A stretch of DNA of 64,000 nucleotides from positions 9,052,001-9,116,000 of the forward strand of contig OZ024749.1 of NCBI GenBank assembly GCA_964016885.1, given 5' to 3'. The translations under genes and the position numbers were made by a program. Of this stretch, positions 14,001-31,169 are shown one piece after another; the stretch's first letter is position 1; each line of letters opens with the position of its first letter. The stretch is from Eledone cirrhosa (taxonomy: Eukaryota). Under the pieces are notes generated by a model, which saw only the letters and a program-made list of their open reading frames with translations, had not been told where the DNA came from and searched no databases.

Positions 14001-17000
14001 TATACAACAACAAAACTAACAACAACTACAACACATCCTATACAACAACAAGACTACCAACAACTACAACACATCCTATACAACAACAAGACTAACAACA
14101 ACTACAACACATCCTATACAACAACAAGACTAACAACAACTACAACACATCCTATACAACAACAAGACTAACAACAAATACAACACATCCTATACAACAA
14201 GAAGACTAACAATAACTACAACACATCCTATACAACAAGAAGACTAACAACAACTACAACACATCCTATACAACAACAAGACTAACAACAACTACAACAC
14301 ATCCTATACAACAACAAGACTAACAACAACTACAACACATCCTATACAACAACAAGACTAACAACAACTACAACACATCCTATACAACAACAAGACTAAC
14401 AACAACTACAACACATCCTATACAACAAGAAGACTAACAATAACTACAACACATCCTATACAACAACAAGACTAACAACAACTATAACACATCCTATACA
14501 ACAACAAGACTAACAACAACTACAACACATCCTATACAACAAGAAGACTAACAATAACTACAACACATCCTATACAACAAGAAGATTAACAACAACTACA
14601 ACACATCCTATACAACAAGAAAACTAACAACACCTAAAACATCCTACACAACAAGAAGACTAACAACACCTAAAACATCCTATACAACAAGAAGACTAAC
14701 GACAACTAAAACATCCTACACAACAAGAAGACTAACAACACCTAAAACATCCTACACAACAAGAAGACTAACAACACCTAAAACATCCTATACAACAACA
14801 AGACTAACAACACCTAAAACATCCTACACAACAAGAAGACTAACAATACCTAAAACATCCTACACAACAAGAAGACTAACAACAACTACAACACATCCTA
14901 CACAACAAGAAGACTAACAACACCTAAAACATCCTACACAACAAGAAGACTAACAACACCTAAAACATCCTACACAACAAGAAGACTAACAACACCTAAA
15001 CATCCCACATAACAAGAAGACTAACAACACCTAAAACATCCTACACAACAAGAAGACTAACAACAACTACAACACATCCTACACAACAAGAAGACTAACA
15101 ACACCTAAAACATCCTACACAACAAGAAGACTAACAACACCTAAAACATCCTACATAACAAGAAGACTAACAACACCTAAAATATCCTACACAACAAGAA
15201 GACTAACAACACCTAAAACATCCTACATAACAAGAAGACTAACAACACCTAAAAAATCCTACACAACAAGAAGACTAACAACACCTAAAACATCCTACAT
15301 AACAAGAAGACTAACAGCAACTAAAACATCCTACACAACAAGAAGACTAACAACACCTAAAACATCCTACACAACGAGAAGACTAACAACACCTAAAACA
15401 TCCTACACAACAAGAAGACTAACAATACCTAAAACATCCTTCACAACAAGAAGACTAACAACACCTAAAACATCCTATACAACAAGAAGACTAACAGCAA
15501 CTACAACACATCCTATACAACAAGAAGACTAACAACACCTAAAACATCCTATACAACAAGAAGAGTAACAACAACTACAACACATCCTACACAACAAGAA
15601 GACTAACAACAACTAAAACATCCCACATAACAAGAAGACTAACAACAACTAAAACATCCTTTACAACAAGAAGACTAACAACAACTAAAACATCCTACAT
15701 AACAAGAAGACTAACAATAACTAAAATATCCTACACAACAAGAAGACTAACAACACCTAAAACATCCTATACAACAAGAAGACTAACAGCAACTACAACA
15801 CATCCTACACAACAAGAAGACTAACAACAACTAAAACATCCTATACAACAAGAAGAGTAACAACAACTACAACACATCCTACACAACAAGAAGACTAACA
15901 ACAACTAAAACATCCTATACAACAAGAAGACTAACAACAACTAAAACATCCTATACAACAAGAAGAGTAACAACAACTACAACACATCCTACACAACAAG
16001 AAGACTAACAACAACTAAAACATCCTATACAACAAGAACACTAACAACACCTAAAACATCCTATAGAACAAGAAGAGTAACAACAACTACAACGCATCCT
16101 ACACAACAAGAAGACTAACAACACCTAAAACATCCTACACAACAAGAAGACTAACAACACCTAAAACATCCTACATAACGAGAAGACTAACAACAACTAA
16201 AACATCCTACATAACAAGAAGACTAACAACAACTAAAACATCCTACATAACAAGAAGACTAACAACAACTAAAACATCCTACATAACAAGAAGACTAACA
16301 ACACCTAAAACATCCTATACAACAAGAAGAGTAACAACAACTACAACACATCCTACACAACAAGAAGACTAACAACACCTAAAACATCCTATACAACAAG
16401 AAGAGTAACAACAACTACAACACATCCTACACAACAAGAAGACTAACAACAACTAAAACATCCTACACAACAAGAAGACTAACAACACCTAAACATCCTA
16501 TACAACAAGAAGAGTAACAACAACTACAACACATCCTACACAACAAGAAGACTAACAACAACTAAAACATCCTACACAACAAGAAGACTAACAACACCTA
16601 AACATCCTATACAACAAGAAGAGTAACAACAACTACAACACATCCTACACAACAAGAAGACTAACAACAACTAAAACATCCTACATAACAAGAAGACTAA
16701 CAACAACTAAAACATCCTACATAACAAGAAGACTAACAACAACTAAAACATCCTACACAACAAGAAGACTAACAACACCTAAACATCCTATACAACAAGA
16801 AGAGTAACAACAACTACAACACATCCTACACAACAAGAAGACTAAGAACAACTAAAACATCCTACATAACAAGAAGACTAACAACAACTAAAACATCCTA
16901 CACAACAAGAAGACTAACAACAACTAAAACATCCTACATAACGAGAAGACTAACAACACCTAAAACATCCTACACAACAAGAAGACTAAGAACAACTAAA

Positions 17001-17785
17001 ACATCCTACATAACAAGAAGACTAACAACAACTAAAACATCCTACACAACAAGAAGACTAACAACAACTAAAACATCCTACATAACGAGAAGACTAACAA
17101 CATCTAAAACATCCTACACAACAAGAAGACTAACAACAACTAAAACATCCTACATAACAAGAAGACTAACAACAACTAAAACATCCTACACAACAAGAAG
17201 ACTAAGAACAACTAAAACATCCTACATAACGAGAAGACTAACAACACCTAAAACATCCTACACAACAAGAAGACTAACAACACCTAAAACATCCTACATA
17301 ACGAGAAGACTAACAACACCTAAAACATCCTACACAACAAGAAGACTAACAACAACTAAAACATCCTACATAACGAGAAGACTAACAACACCTAAAACAT
17401 CCTACACAACAACAAGACTAACAACAACTAAAACATCCTACATAACGAGAAGACTAACAACACCTAAAACATCCTACACAACAACAAGACTAACAACACC
17501 TAAAACATCCTACATAACGAGAAGACTAACAACACCTAAAACATCCTACACAACAAGAAGACTAACAACAACTAAAACATCCTACATAACGAGAAGACTA
17601 ACAACACCTAAAACATCCTACACAACAAGAAGACTAACAACACCTAAAACATCCTACACAACAAGAAGACTAAGAACACCTAAAACATCCTACATAACGA
17701 GAAGACTAACAACAACTAAAACATCCTACACAACAAGAAGACTAACAACACCTAAAACATCCTACACAACAAGAAGACTAACAAA
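11009..17785. repeat. A/C-rich minisatellite, 38-bp unit grading into a 36-bp unit, about 180 copies
   Basis: aagactaacaacaactaaaacacatcctatacaacaac (38 bp) to ~14620, then mainly aagactaacaacacctaaaacatcctacacaacaag (36 bp). Confidence 0.97.
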
Positions 17786-18114
17786 ATAACACAGGAGGTG
17801 AGATAAAAAGAGTTTAAATGAATAAAACAACGAGAAGAGCGTTTATGATATGGTGGAGGATGGGTTGAAAAAAGGGTTATTGATCTGATCGATAAGGAGT
17901 GTAAAAGCTGACAGATTGTTGCATAAATCAGATGTCAACGAAAGCTCCTATCTAATCAACATACCGCCCTATGCCGCAGCGCAGACAACCCACTTCCGCC
18001 TGGCCCTCGTCACTGTAATGAAGTAAATAAACTCTGATAATTTGTGGGTATGTAAGAAGGAGGTAGTGGTGGAAAGGGTTGGGGAGGGGCAGAGATATAC
18101 ATGTCTGCGTATAC

Positions 18115-18158
<44 letters not shown>

Positions 18159-18400
18159 GGTGGCTGCCAACTCGTTTTCGAGTACGGCCACTACTTTATA
18201 TCCATCTCCGGGTAACAAGATCTGTTATTTTTATTTTATCCTTTATGCTCTTTCCTTCATTCCTCTACACTTCTTATACACGCCACGCATCTCAACGTAC
18301 ACCCACTTACATCTCTCTCTCCACCACCGGATTTTGTTACCCGGAGATTTACCCATTTGCATTGTCGAGGCTTCCAAACGACTTAAATTAAAGAAATTTA

Positions 18401-18438
<38 letters not shown>

Positions 18439-18441
<3 letters not shown>

Positions 18442-18779
18442 TAAATTTAGTCCTTCATCAGTGATCTTCCAGCCTTCATTGGTATTTCATCGCTTTAAAG
18501 ACCATATACCTCTGGTTGGTGCGAGCAACGACTAAAGAAAGTCGTTGGGACACGTAAATAGGGGGAACGAGCGAGGTTGGATTACCATCTTTGTTTGTTT
18601 ACTGTCTCGCTCGTTCCCCCTATTTACGTGTCCCAACGACTCTCTTTAGTCGTTGCTCGCACTAACCGGAGGTATATGGTCTTTAAAGCGATGAAATACC
18701 AATGAAGGCTGGAAGATCACTGATGAAGGACTAAATCTATTCATATGTAACCCATTTGCAACCACGCAGCACGCCATGT

Positions 18780-18784
<5 letters not shown>
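18439..18784 (+). mobile_element. Fold-back element, family A
   Basis: Inverted arms ~18439-18575/18605-18742 plus an ~40-bp tail ending gccatgttttca-(TA)n; siblings at 26389-26990 and 35793-36035. Confidence 0.75.
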
Positions 18785-18810
<26 letters not shown>

Positions 18811-18869
18811 GGAACGAATAGGACCCCGACGGCTGAGCTCAAGCCGTTTGGACGGCTAATTCTGGACTC

Positions 18870-18900
<31 letters not shown>

Positions 18901-19036
18901 ATTATCGAGAATCGGAACTTCGGCCCACGAAATAACGAAAAACAATCTTCGAAATGTGCGGCAAAGTGCTCAATGGTTCGGATGAACCAGAGCTATAACT
19001 AGTTATATATATATAACTAATTATATATATATAACT

Positions 19037-19356
19037 AATTGAATACACAAGAGAGATGAACACTAATATAAACATACATATGTCCGAATTGTAAGGACCA
19101 GGTTTTCAGGCAGTTGCCCAATATAGGTTTGTTATTATTTTTCTTAATTTACTACTTTTAATTAAGTCAGGCAAACTATATTGCTGTAGTTAGTATTTTT
19201 TCATCCTAGCAAACCTGGTCCTTTACAATTCGAACACATGTATGTTTATATTAGTGTTCCTCTCTCTTGTATATTCAATTATATTACACGGCTCGGAAAA
19301 GCTTTTTTTCTTAGAACTATTTAATTGTAAGAGACTACTTTGAGTTTCTAACACAG
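19037..19356 (+). mobile_element. Fold-back element with tail in (TA)n
   Basis: Diverged inverted arms ~19037-19106/19211-19281 plus an ~75-bp tail. Confidence 0.6.
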
Positions 19357-20352
<996 letters not shown>

Positions 20353-20514
20353 TAATCTCCATTTTAACTTCGTATATCTGGCTGTCATTCTGTTTAAAAG
20401 TCGAATGAACGAGAATGCATTTGTTGTGTGCCAATGCATGTGTTTTCTTTAACCACAGACACACACATACACAAACACCTATGTACTCACACACACACGC
20501 ACACACACACACAC

Positions 20515-20550
<36 letters not shown>

Positions 20551-20596
20551 ACACATGTAGGTGTATACACACTCACTCATATATATATATATATAT

Positions 20597-20657
<61 letters not shown>

Positions 20658-20660
<3 letters not shown>

Positions 20661-20773
20661 TTTATTTCACGTTGCTCCTTCTACGTGGAGGTGCGACCGA
20701 TAGATAGTATTAGCAATTGGAAATACCAACGGAAACATTGTTTCCTCGGTCCGATTTGACGAAAGTCGATCGA
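20658..20773 (+). mobile_element. 3' part of SINE family S2, same tail as the 22540-22760 copy
   Basis: cactttatttcacgttgctccttctac...gatttgacgaaagtcgatcg is the reverse complement of 22546-22660. Confidence 0.8.
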
Positions 20774-20820
20774 CAAATATATATATATATGTGTGTGTGT
20801 ATGTGCGTGTGTGTGTGTGC

Positions 20821-20864
<44 letters not shown>

Positions 20865-20875
20865 CGAGAGAGAAA

Positions 20876-20937
<62 letters not shown>

Positions 20938-21019
20938 GGTTTCATATTAGTGTTTTTATTGAAACATATGATGTCCCAGCCTGGCCTCAGCCTGTGGGCT
21001 GGAACATGTAATACTGTAG

Positions 21020-21101
<82 letters not shown>

Positions 21102-21102
<1 letters not shown>

Positions 21103-21757
21103 AGTGAATCTTCGCTTATCCGGACGGTCAAAACCAAACAGTTAGAAAAAGATCCGGTTAAGTGAAATATCCGGATAAGTGAATTCTAAAATCCCATTGT
21201 TACATAATGCTCGAGGTTTCTAATGTTTTGGCTTCTTTTAGGCAAAATAAAAGACAAATGCTAAGTAAAGAAAGTTTATTAGAATAACAAAAGAACAGCT
21301 AGAATTTATAAGAAAATTAATTAAACAAACATAAGAATAACTAAAAACTTGGTAAAACTGAATTGAGTCAAACCATAAAAAGTTAGTACTTTTTTAAAAA
21401 TGAATAAATAGAAGATTGTTTTCGCGCCGAAGCTCGTCGTTCCGCTACTATTTCCACGCAACAGCTGAACGGTCAACCACCTCCTTCATGTTTGTCGCAC
21501 ATAAAAATGGAATCATTCCCGAGTCCCCTTTTCCGATCAAATCCCGCAGCAATTGTTTTCTGTAAATCCGATTTAGTGTCTCCAAAACTCCCCCCTGGTC
21601 CATTGGCTGAATAAGTGACGTAACGTTCGCCGGAAGAAATGCTGACGGAATCTGTTCGTCTGCCGAAATCAAGTCCTCCTCATCCGGAGGTAGTATAGAA
21701 ATAGCCGTCCGGTAAATCGAATTTCGGAAAAGCGGTATCCGGATAAGCGAAGATGCA

Positions 21758-21760
<3 letters not shown>
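21102..21760 (-). mobile_element. Internally deleted pogo/Tigger-family (Tc1/mariner superfamily) DNA transposon
   Basis: 23-bp TIRs cagtgaatcttcgcttatccgga / tccggataagcgaagatgcactg (1 mismatch), inserted in (TA)n; minus ORF 21448-21672 FLPANVTSLIQPMDQG...YRKQLL...NMKEVV...AVAWK is a DDE_1 (TIGD/jerky-like) transposase fragment. Confidence 0.9.
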
Positions 21761-21838
<78 letters not shown>

Positions 21839-21960
21839 GGAGGTGAGTTTTATTGTAGCAACAATAAAACAATGCAAATATCGGATAAGTAGCACTCCAC
21901 AGTTTATAGGACTGGAGTATAAATAGTATAAGATCAAAAGATGGTTAAAAGAGTTCCAAG

Positions 21961-22031
21961 TATTTTATTATGCGCATTTCAAAAACAAGTATCATCATGG
22001 GATGATATTTGCGTTCTCATCAGATAAAATA
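21961..22031 (-). ncRNA. Type I hammerhead ribozyme (inverted copy of 22138-22208)
   Basis: Exact reverse complement of the plus-strand motif. Confidence 0.8.
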
Positions 22032-22137
22032 GGGAAACATGATATGAAGCTTAAAAAACACTTGTGAGCAGTGAAGTTTTGTTGATTAAACACTTCACTG
22101 TTCACAAGTGTTTTTTAAACTTCATATCATGTTTCCC

Positions 22138-22208
22138 TATTTTATCTGATGAGAACGCAAATATCATCCCATGATGATACTTGTTTTTGAAATGCGCATA
22201 ATAAAATA
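22138..22208 (+). ncRNA. Type I hammerhead ribozyme with minimal palindromic stem III
   Basis: tattttat-CTGATGA(22146)-16-bp stem II with ccat loop-GAAA-tgcgca-TA^-ataaaata; stem I is 8/8 bp. Confidence 0.85.
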
Positions 22209-22238
22209 CTTGGAACTCTTTTCACCATCTTTTGATCT

Positions 22239-22287
<49 letters not shown>

Positions 22288-22539
22288 CATGAACAGATAC
22301 TTAAGTTTCATTGTGTTCTGGACCTCAACTCCTCATTCAGTCTGTCATAAGAATAATAAAAATAAGGTACCTGAATAATAAAAATAAAGTACCTGTTTTA
22401 TGTCACTGTTGTAACTATTTATACCAAACTCGTCCTATGGACTAAGTGCTCTTACCCTTGGATATTTCTACCAAACGTTTGCTACAGTGTGTGTATATAT
22501 ATATATGTGTGTATGTATGCATATATATATATATATAAA

Positions 22540-22760
22540 GGAACGATCGACTTTCGTCAAATCGGACCGAGGAAACAACGTTTCCGTTGGTCTTTCCAAT
22601 TGCTAATACTATCTATCGGTCGCAACTCCAGGTAGAAGGAGCAACGTGAAATAAAGTGTCTTGCTGAAGGATATAACGCATCGCCTGGTCCAGGAATCGA
22701 ACTCACAACCTTACGATTGCGAATCCAATTCTCTAACCACTCAACCACACGCCTTCACAA
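22540..22760 (-). mobile_element. tRNA-derived SINE, family S2
   Basis: Minus strand gtgaaggcgtgtggttgagtggttagag...gagttcgattcc (A/B boxes), then ccttcagcaagacactttatttcacg. Confidence 0.85.
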
Positions 22761-22765
22761 GCATA

Positions 22766-22798
<33 letters not shown>

Positions 22799-22947
22799 TA
22801 TAATATATATATATATATACATATATCTAACAACTAGAAATTGATTAACATATAAATAAACATATGAAACATATGACACCCATAATTTTGATTTAGATTA
22901 AATACACTTTGATTTATCTTAATTTTGGATATATATATATATATATG

Positions 22948-24135
<1,188 letters not shown>

Positions 24136-24159
24136 TATATATATATATATATATATAGT

Positions 24160-24193
<34 letters not shown>

Positions 24194-24217
24194 TGTATAT
24201 ATAGTTATATATATATA

Positions 24218-24346
<129 letters not shown>

Positions 24347-24433
24347 AGGCATATATTACTGTCGAAAATCTATCTTTCAGATAACGTCATAGTGAAAGTA
24401 TATATACACACATACACACACAATACTTAAAAT

Positions 24434-24502
<69 letters not shown>

Positions 24503-24673
24503 GTGTCCTTTGGCATTCCAGCTGTCAATGACCCCTGCTGCGGACATTAGTCAGAGTTCTCTAGATACGAAGGAACATGCCTACTCTTTATATTTCCTTT
24601 AAGTGCATATATAGATATATGTGAATATGTGTATGTGTATGTGTATGTATGTATATAAATATATGTGAGTATT

Positions 24674-24711
<38 letters not shown>

Positions 24712-24846
24712 TATATATATATAGTTATATAGTTATATACATACATATGTATATATATATATATATATATATAGTTTTATATATATATATATAGTTTTAT
24801 ATATATATATATAGTTATATATATAGTTATATAGTTATATACATAC

Positions 24847-24893
<47 letters not shown>

Positions 24894-24910
24894 TATATAT
24901 ATATACATAC

Positions 24911-24989
<79 letters not shown>

Positions 24990-25012
24990 TAGTTATATAT
25001 ATATATACATAC

Positions 25013-25059
<47 letters not shown>

Positions 25060-25443
25060 TATATATAGTTATATAGTTATATACATACATATGTATATAT
25101 ATGTATATATATACATATATATAAAGCTACAGAGGACATCAGATCACCTCTGTATCTCTCGATCTTTTACACCACTTATGTCAATATTCGCCTCTTTACG
25201 CCACCAGACGTCAATCGCGTTCTGGTTACATTTCTTTCTTAAGCCTCACTTCTCTCCTTTCTTTCCAGAATCTTTTTCCGATATATCAGGATATATGGTG
25301 GTCTGTAAGTGTGAGCGACACTTGCTTTATGTATATATATATATATATGTGTGTATATATATATATATATATGACTATCCAAGGAAAATTCAACTGATAA
25401 GGTATGTTACTTGGCTATTTCAAAATTTATAAAACACACTTTG

Positions 25444-25505
25444 TATTTTATCTGATGAAAGCGTACCAAAGTTTTTGGTACCCTTGAAATATATATAATA
25501 GAATA
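25444..25505 (+). ncRNA. Type I hammerhead ribozyme with minimal palindromic stem III (family D-related island ~25373-25640)
   Basis: tattttat-CTGATGA(25452)-aag.c.gtaccaaa/gtt/tttggtac.c.ctt-GAAA-tatata-TA^-atagaata. Confidence 0.85.
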
Positions 25506-25638
25506 AATATGGTTTTATAAATATAGTTTCTATTTATTTAATATCACTGAATATTTACTCCAGACTGTGGAGTGCTCTGCATCAGTTATAAACATTTATA
25601 TTTGTTCAATTTCCAACGAATTAAATATCCCTTCTGCT

Positions 25639-25666
<28 letters not shown>

Positions 25667-25669
<3 letters not shown>

Positions 25670-25838
25670 GTTTCTACTTTTGGCACAAGGCCAGCAATTA
25701 CTGGTACTTTATTTTATCAACCCCGTAAGGATGAAAGGCAAAGTCAACCTCGGCGGGATTTGAACTCAGAATGACAAGGGCCGTAACTCTTTGCGTCAAA
25801 GCATGGCGTCCGACCCTCTACCGATACTGCCAATCCAC
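25667..25838 (-). mobile_element. tRNA-derived SINE, family S1
   Basis: Reverse complement of the 3709-3893 copy. Confidence 0.85.
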
Positions 25839-25976
25839 ACATACATATATATAATGCAAGGATGATTTGTTAAACCTTGTTACGTTTATTGATTGGTGAC
25901 GCGCGTTTTGCTACTGAGTAGCTCATTGTCCAATCTGTATCGATTTGGCCCGAATCTGGAATCAAAAGCACTTACT

Positions 25977-26213
<237 letters not shown>

Positions 26214-26325
26214 TACACTGATATATATATATATATACACACACACATACACTGCTATATATATATATATATATATATATAGCAGTGTATGTGTGTGTAT
26301 ATATATATATATATATATCAGTGTA

Positions 26326-26388
<63 letters not shown>

Positions 26389-26389
<1 letters not shown>

Positions 26390-26990
26390 AATAAATTTAG
26401 TCCTTCATCAGTGATCTTCCAACCTTCATTGGTATTTCATCGCTTTAAAGACCATATAACTCTGGTTGGTGCGAGCAACGGCTAAAGGAAGTCGTTTGGA
26501 CACGTAAATAAAGGGAACAAGCGAGACTGTAAACAATCAAAGATGGTAATGCAACGAAAAGTGACGAAGAAGGAGTCAAGTCCCTGAAATCGATGAACAT
26601 AAGTTCTGTGAAATCGTAGACGAGAGAGAATAAAGACCATACGACCTGGTCAAGTGTGCGTGAGGAAAGAATTTCGCACAGGCCAAACGGGAGGAAGTAG
26701 GAGAGGGCGTAGCAGAGAGTGAGTGAGTGAAGGGTGAGGAAGAAGCTAACAGAGAGAGTGACTGATAGAGGAGGTAAAGAGAGGTGAGAGATACAGAGAA
26801 AAGAGGAAGCAGTAAGAAAGAAACAGACGGGTCACAGCGGAGGAAAATATATATGTATGAATATGAAAACATGGCGTGCTGCGTGGTTGCAAATGGGTTA
26901 CATATGAATAAATTTAGTCCTTCATCAGTGATCTGCCAACCTTCATTGGTATTTCATCGCTTTAAAGACTATATACCTCCGGTTGGTGCA
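26389..26990 (-). mobile_element. Family A element, two partial direct copies in tandem
   Basis: gaataaatttagtccttcatcagtg... at 26389 and ~26906; purine-rich middle; the tail is present only in the right copy. Confidence 0.75.
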
Positions 26991-27007
26991 TATATATATA
27001 TATATAT

Positions 27008-27503
27008 ATTGTTATACTTGATGAGGGTCATATTTGTGTAATATTGCCAGAATTAATAACAGAACACACTCACTGTTTGGTTGGTTTTCGCTTCTCGCTT
27101 CTGTGTCTTTTATATCGGTAATCTAACTTACTCGGTCCTCAATTTCTATTTCACTGGCCTCTCTGATTTGCCTATCTGCTGGGTCATTTCTATGTTTAGA
27201 TATTATTCTAATTTCCATGTTGTCTATGTTACCGTCATGTTGTTGTCTAGCATGTTCGTATAGTACTGACCCGATTTTTCTTTTTTTGACCGCCGGTCAG
27301 TCAATGGCAACATTGAGGACCGAGTAAGTTAGATTACCGATATAAAAGACACAGAAGCGAGAAGCGAAAACCAACCAAACAGTGAGTGTGTTCTGTTATT
27401 AATTCTGGCAATATTACACAAATATTACCCTCCCCAAGTATAACAATATTTGTTTCGACACACGATTTCGTATAAAAAACCTCGCAAAACTAATTCATCG
27501 CCG

Positions 27504-27505
<2 letters not shown>
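27008..27505 (+). mobile_element. Fold-back element, family E
   Basis: Arms 27008-27143/27312-27449 plus an ~55-bp tail homologous to 34328-34405. Confidence 0.7.
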
Positions 27506-27601
<96 letters not shown>

Positions 27602-27831
27602 GAGTTAAACAAGTTTCAAAGAGTATATCAAAGAATGAGTTTTACAGTAGATTGGAAGCACTCTACGAAAAAATAATTTTCCAGAGTTATTAATATTAAA
27701 ATACAAATATTAATAAAATAGATGTTCTTTTGATCGATTACATTTTATTATTCATATTTCGGTACGTTTCGGATGTTAAATGGTTAAGATTTAATCTTAA
27801 CCATCTAACGTCTCAGGGTATGTCATGTATC

Positions 27832-27894
27832 ATTATATTTTGTCTGATGAGGACGTACTGTTGTACCTCCGAAATATGTATAATAAAATGTAAT
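27832..27894 (+). ncRNA. Type I hammerhead ribozyme within fold-back island ~27597-27935
   Basis: attatattttgt-CTGATGA(27844)-gga.c.gtac/tgtt/gtac.c.tcc-GAAA-tatgta-TA^-ataaaatgtaat; 12-bp stem I including G-U pairs. Confidence 0.85.
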
Positions 27895-27929
27895 TGATCA
27901 AAAGAACATCTATTTTATTAGTATTTGTA

Positions 27930-27987
<58 letters not shown>

Positions 27988-28010
27988 TATGTGTATATGT
28001 GTGTGTATGT

Positions 28011-28043
<33 letters not shown>

Positions 28044-28409
28044 CTTCCTAAAATAGCTTACTTTTTCTTCAAAACAGTTTTTTCGTTTATGTTTCGCATA
28101 CATGAATATACGTGTGCGTTTGATTATGTATCTGTATACGTGTGTATATATACGTGCGTATGTATTAGTATATGTATGTATATGTATGTATCTGTCTACG
28201 GGTACCTGCGTGTATAGGTATACCTTGTATGCATTATGTACACGTGTGTGAACATATGAGTACATGTGTAGAGTATGTATATGTGTACGTATGTATATGT
28301 GTCAATATGTGTATAGAGGCACTTCTGTGTATATACGTGTACGTATGTGCATACTTATACATGGGCACACATACACACATGTATGTATATGCGTGTATAT
28401 GGGCATATG

Positions 28410-30790
28410 TGTATACTGTACGTAATATATATACATATAGGTGTATAAATATTTGTTCAAATGGGTATATATGTATGCTGTACGTAATATATATACATAT
28501 ACGTGTATATATATTTGTTCACATGGGTATATATGTATACTGTACGTAATATATATACATATACGTGTATATATATTTGTTCACATGGGTGTATGTATAC
28601 TGTACGTAATATATATACATATACGTGTATATATATTTGTTCACATGGGTATATATGTATACTGTACGTAATATTTATACATATAGGTGTATATATATTT
28701 GTTCACATGAGTATATATGTATACTGTACGTAATATATATATACATATACGTGTATATATATTTGTTCACATGGGTATATATGTATACTGTACGTAATAT
28801 ATATACATATACGTGTATATATATTTGTTCACATGGGTATATATGTATACTGTACGTAATATATATACATATACGTCTATATATATATTTGTTCACATGG
28901 GTATATATGTATACTGTACGTAATATATATACATATGCGTGTATATATATTTGTTCACATGAGTATATATGTATACTGTACGTAATATATATATACATAT
29001 ACGTGTATATATATTTGTTCAGATGGGTATATATGTATACTGTACGTAATATATATACATATACGTGTATATATATTTGTTCACATGAGTATATATGTAT
29101 ACTGTACGTACTATATATACATATACGTGTATATATATTTGTTCACATGGGTATATATGTATACTGTACGTAATATATATACATATACGTGTATATATAT
29201 TTGTTCACATGGGTATATATGTATACTGTACGTAATATATATACATATGCGTGTATATATATTTGTTCACATGAGTATATATGTATACTGTACGTAATAT
29301 ATATACATATACGTGTATATATATTTGTTCACATGAGTATATATGTATACTGTACGTAATATATATACATATACGTGTATATATATTTGTTCACATGAGT
29401 ATATATGTATACTGTACGTAATATATATACATATACGTGTATATATATTTGTTCACATGGGTATATATGTATACTGTACGTAATATATATACATATACGT
29501 GTATATATATTTGTTCACATGAGTATATATGTATACTGTACGTAATATATATACATATACGTGTATATATATTTGTTCACATGAGTATATATGTATACTG
29601 TACGTACTATATATACATATACGTGTATATATATTTGTTCACATGGGTATATATGTATACTGTACGTAATATATATACATATACGTGTATATATATTTGT
29701 TCACATGGGTATATATGTTTACTGTACGTAATATATATACATATACGTGTATATATATTTGTTCACATGGGTATATATGTTTACTGTACGTAATATATAT
29801 ACATATACGTGTATATATATTTGTTCACATGAGTATATATGTATACTGTACGTAATATATATACATATACGTGTATATATATTTGTTCACATGAGTATAT
29901 ATGTATACTGTACGTAATATATATACATATACGTGTATATATATTTGTTCACATGGGTATATATGTATACTGTACGTAATATATATACATATACGTGTAT
30001 ATATATTTGTTCACATGGGTATATGTATACTGTACGTAATATATATACATATACGTGTATATATATTTGTTCACATGAGTATATATGTATACTGTACGTA
30101 ATATATATACATATAGGTGTATATATATTTGTTCACATCAGTATATATGTATACTGTACGTAATATATATACATATAGGTGTATATATATTTGTTCACAT
30201 CAGTATATATGTATACTGTACGTAATATACGTACATATACGTGTATATATATTTGTTCACATGAGTATATATGTATACTGTACGTAATATATATACATAT
30301 ACGTATATATATATTTGTTCACATGGGTATATGTATACTGTACGTAATATATATACATATACGTGTATATATATTTGTTCACATGGGTATATATGTATAC
30401 TGTACGTAATATATATACATATACGTGTATATATATTTGTTCACATGGGTATATGTATACTGTACGTAATATATATACATATACGTGTATATATATTTGT
30501 TCACATGGGTATATATGTATACTGTAAGTAATATATATATATATATATAGGTGTATATATATTTGTTCACATGGGTATATGTATACTGTACGTAATATAT
30601 ATACATATACGTCTATAATATACGTCTATATATATATTTGTTCACATGAGTATATATGTATACTGTACGTAATATATATACATATACGTGTATATATATT
30701 TGTTCACATGGGTATATATGTATACTGTACGTAATATACGTACAGTATACGTGTATATATATTTGTTCACATGAGTATATATGTATACTG
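28410..30790. repeat. 62-bp AT-rich minisatellite (60-64 bp variants), about 38 copies
   Basis: Unit gtatactgtacgtaatatatatacatatacgtgtatatatatttgttcacatgggtatatat. Confidence 0.95.
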
Positions 30791-31169
30791 CATATAGTAC
30801 CTATATGATAGATATAGGTTTGTGAGTATGAGTGATAACATGTATATATATATACATATATATACATGTATATATATACACAGATATATATATATACATG
30901 TATATATATACATACATATACTTATATGTGTAGGTAACTGTCGAGACAAATCCTATAAAAGTTAAGATGAGAGGATGAGATGGTGTGACGTGACAGGTCA
31001 ACTAAAAACTTATCTTCTCTCCAAACAATCTAAAACGTGCCGAGAATAATATTCTTCTAGAAAATCTTAAAGAACAGTAATCGTTGATTGGTTGCTGAAA
31101 TTAATGACATTCCCTATTAATTAGTGGCAATTAAAACTTCACTTGTTAAATGAAGTAGTGTGGAATATA

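Larger units (their letters stand above)
21836..22242 (-). mobile_element. Fold-back Penelope-like pLTR remnant (family D) with a hammerhead in each arm
   Basis: Arms ~21927-22078/22088-22241, ~90-bp tail on the left, (TA)n flanks; tail motif actccag...ctgtggagtgct shared with 25557-25577. Confidence 0.75.

Noticed and set aside
18153-18403. Island with a short inverted repeat and a CCGGAGA...GAAA motif
   Set aside because: Probably the same class of element, but the stems cannot be paired convincingly by eye
22680-22760. tRNA genes at the SINE heads (also 3709, 32460, 39041, 43310)
   Set aside because: A and B boxes are present but there is no complete cloverleaf, and each runs into a SINE body
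26555-26600. Hammerhead-like GTGACGA...GAAA-tcga-TG in family A, and CTGATGA at 18720
   Set aside because: G at position 3, G at the cleavage site and no stem I; the CTGATGA copy lacks a downstream stem II and GAAA
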